From Priapulus caudatus (lineage: Eukaryota): a DNA stretch of 21,208 bases. The translations under genes and the position numbers were made by a program. Each line of letters begins with the position of its first letter. The stretch's first letter is position 1. Where the stretch lies: the NCBI RefSeq assembly GCF_000485595.1, contig NW_014577075.1, positions 711,311 to 732,518 of the forward strand, given 5' to 3'. Below the pieces are notes generated by a model. It had not been told where the DNA came from. It ran no database searches and worked only from the letters and a program-made list of their open reading frames with translations. This document shows positions 20,974 to 21,208 of this stretch, one piece after another.

Positions 20974-20975
<2 letters not shown>

Positions 20976-21015
<40 letters not shown>

Positions 21016-21034
21016 TCTCTTCACTCTCTCTCTC

Positions 21035-21071
<37 letters not shown>

Positions 21072-21208
21072 TCCTCTCTCTCTGTCTCTTCTCTCGTCTA
21101 TCTCTCTCTTCTCTCTTTCTCTCTCTCTCCCCCTCCCTTTCTCTCTCCTCTCTCTTCTCTCTTCTCGCCTCGTCTCTCTCGTCTCCTCTCCCGCTCTCCT
21201 CTCTCGCT
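20976..21208. repeat. (CT)n microsatellite at the start of the PKG intron, becoming irregular
   Basis: Directly visible, starting 25 nt after the splice donor. Confidence 0.93.

Noticed and set aside
20609..20975. Minus-strand ORFs over the PKG exon, and the TTG start at 20619
   Set aside because: Antisense shadows; ATG 20649 has the Kozak context.

Overview
Eukaryotic (animal, probably invertebrate; CpG not visibly depleted) draft-genome DNA, mostly non-coding and rich in microsatellites, with two N gaps. Three genes are supported: a tRNA-Val(TAC) on the minus strand (13725-13797); a GT11-family alpha-1,2-fucosyltransferase (FUT1/FUT2-like; large exon 17749-18713, probably spliced to a short start exon at 17007-17034); and the first coding exon of a cGMP-dependent protein kinase (PRKG1/for/egl-4 type; 20649-20950). 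The left third is a 3,833-bp-offset direct duplication whose second copy decays into indel-rich sequence that looks like raw-read error. An ~818-bp microsatellite-bounded segment occurs three times. There are several inverted-repeat elements (fold-back 1870-2298, MITE 13261-13429, perfect 65-bp inverted repeat 16031-16188 behind a tRNA-like head, palindromes at 1498-1547 and 19004-19045), a 50-bp tandem repeat and an interstitial telomere-like tract. I found no convincing new multi-gene system. The best leads are unclassified repeat elements and gene-structure details, and some of them may be assembly artefacts.
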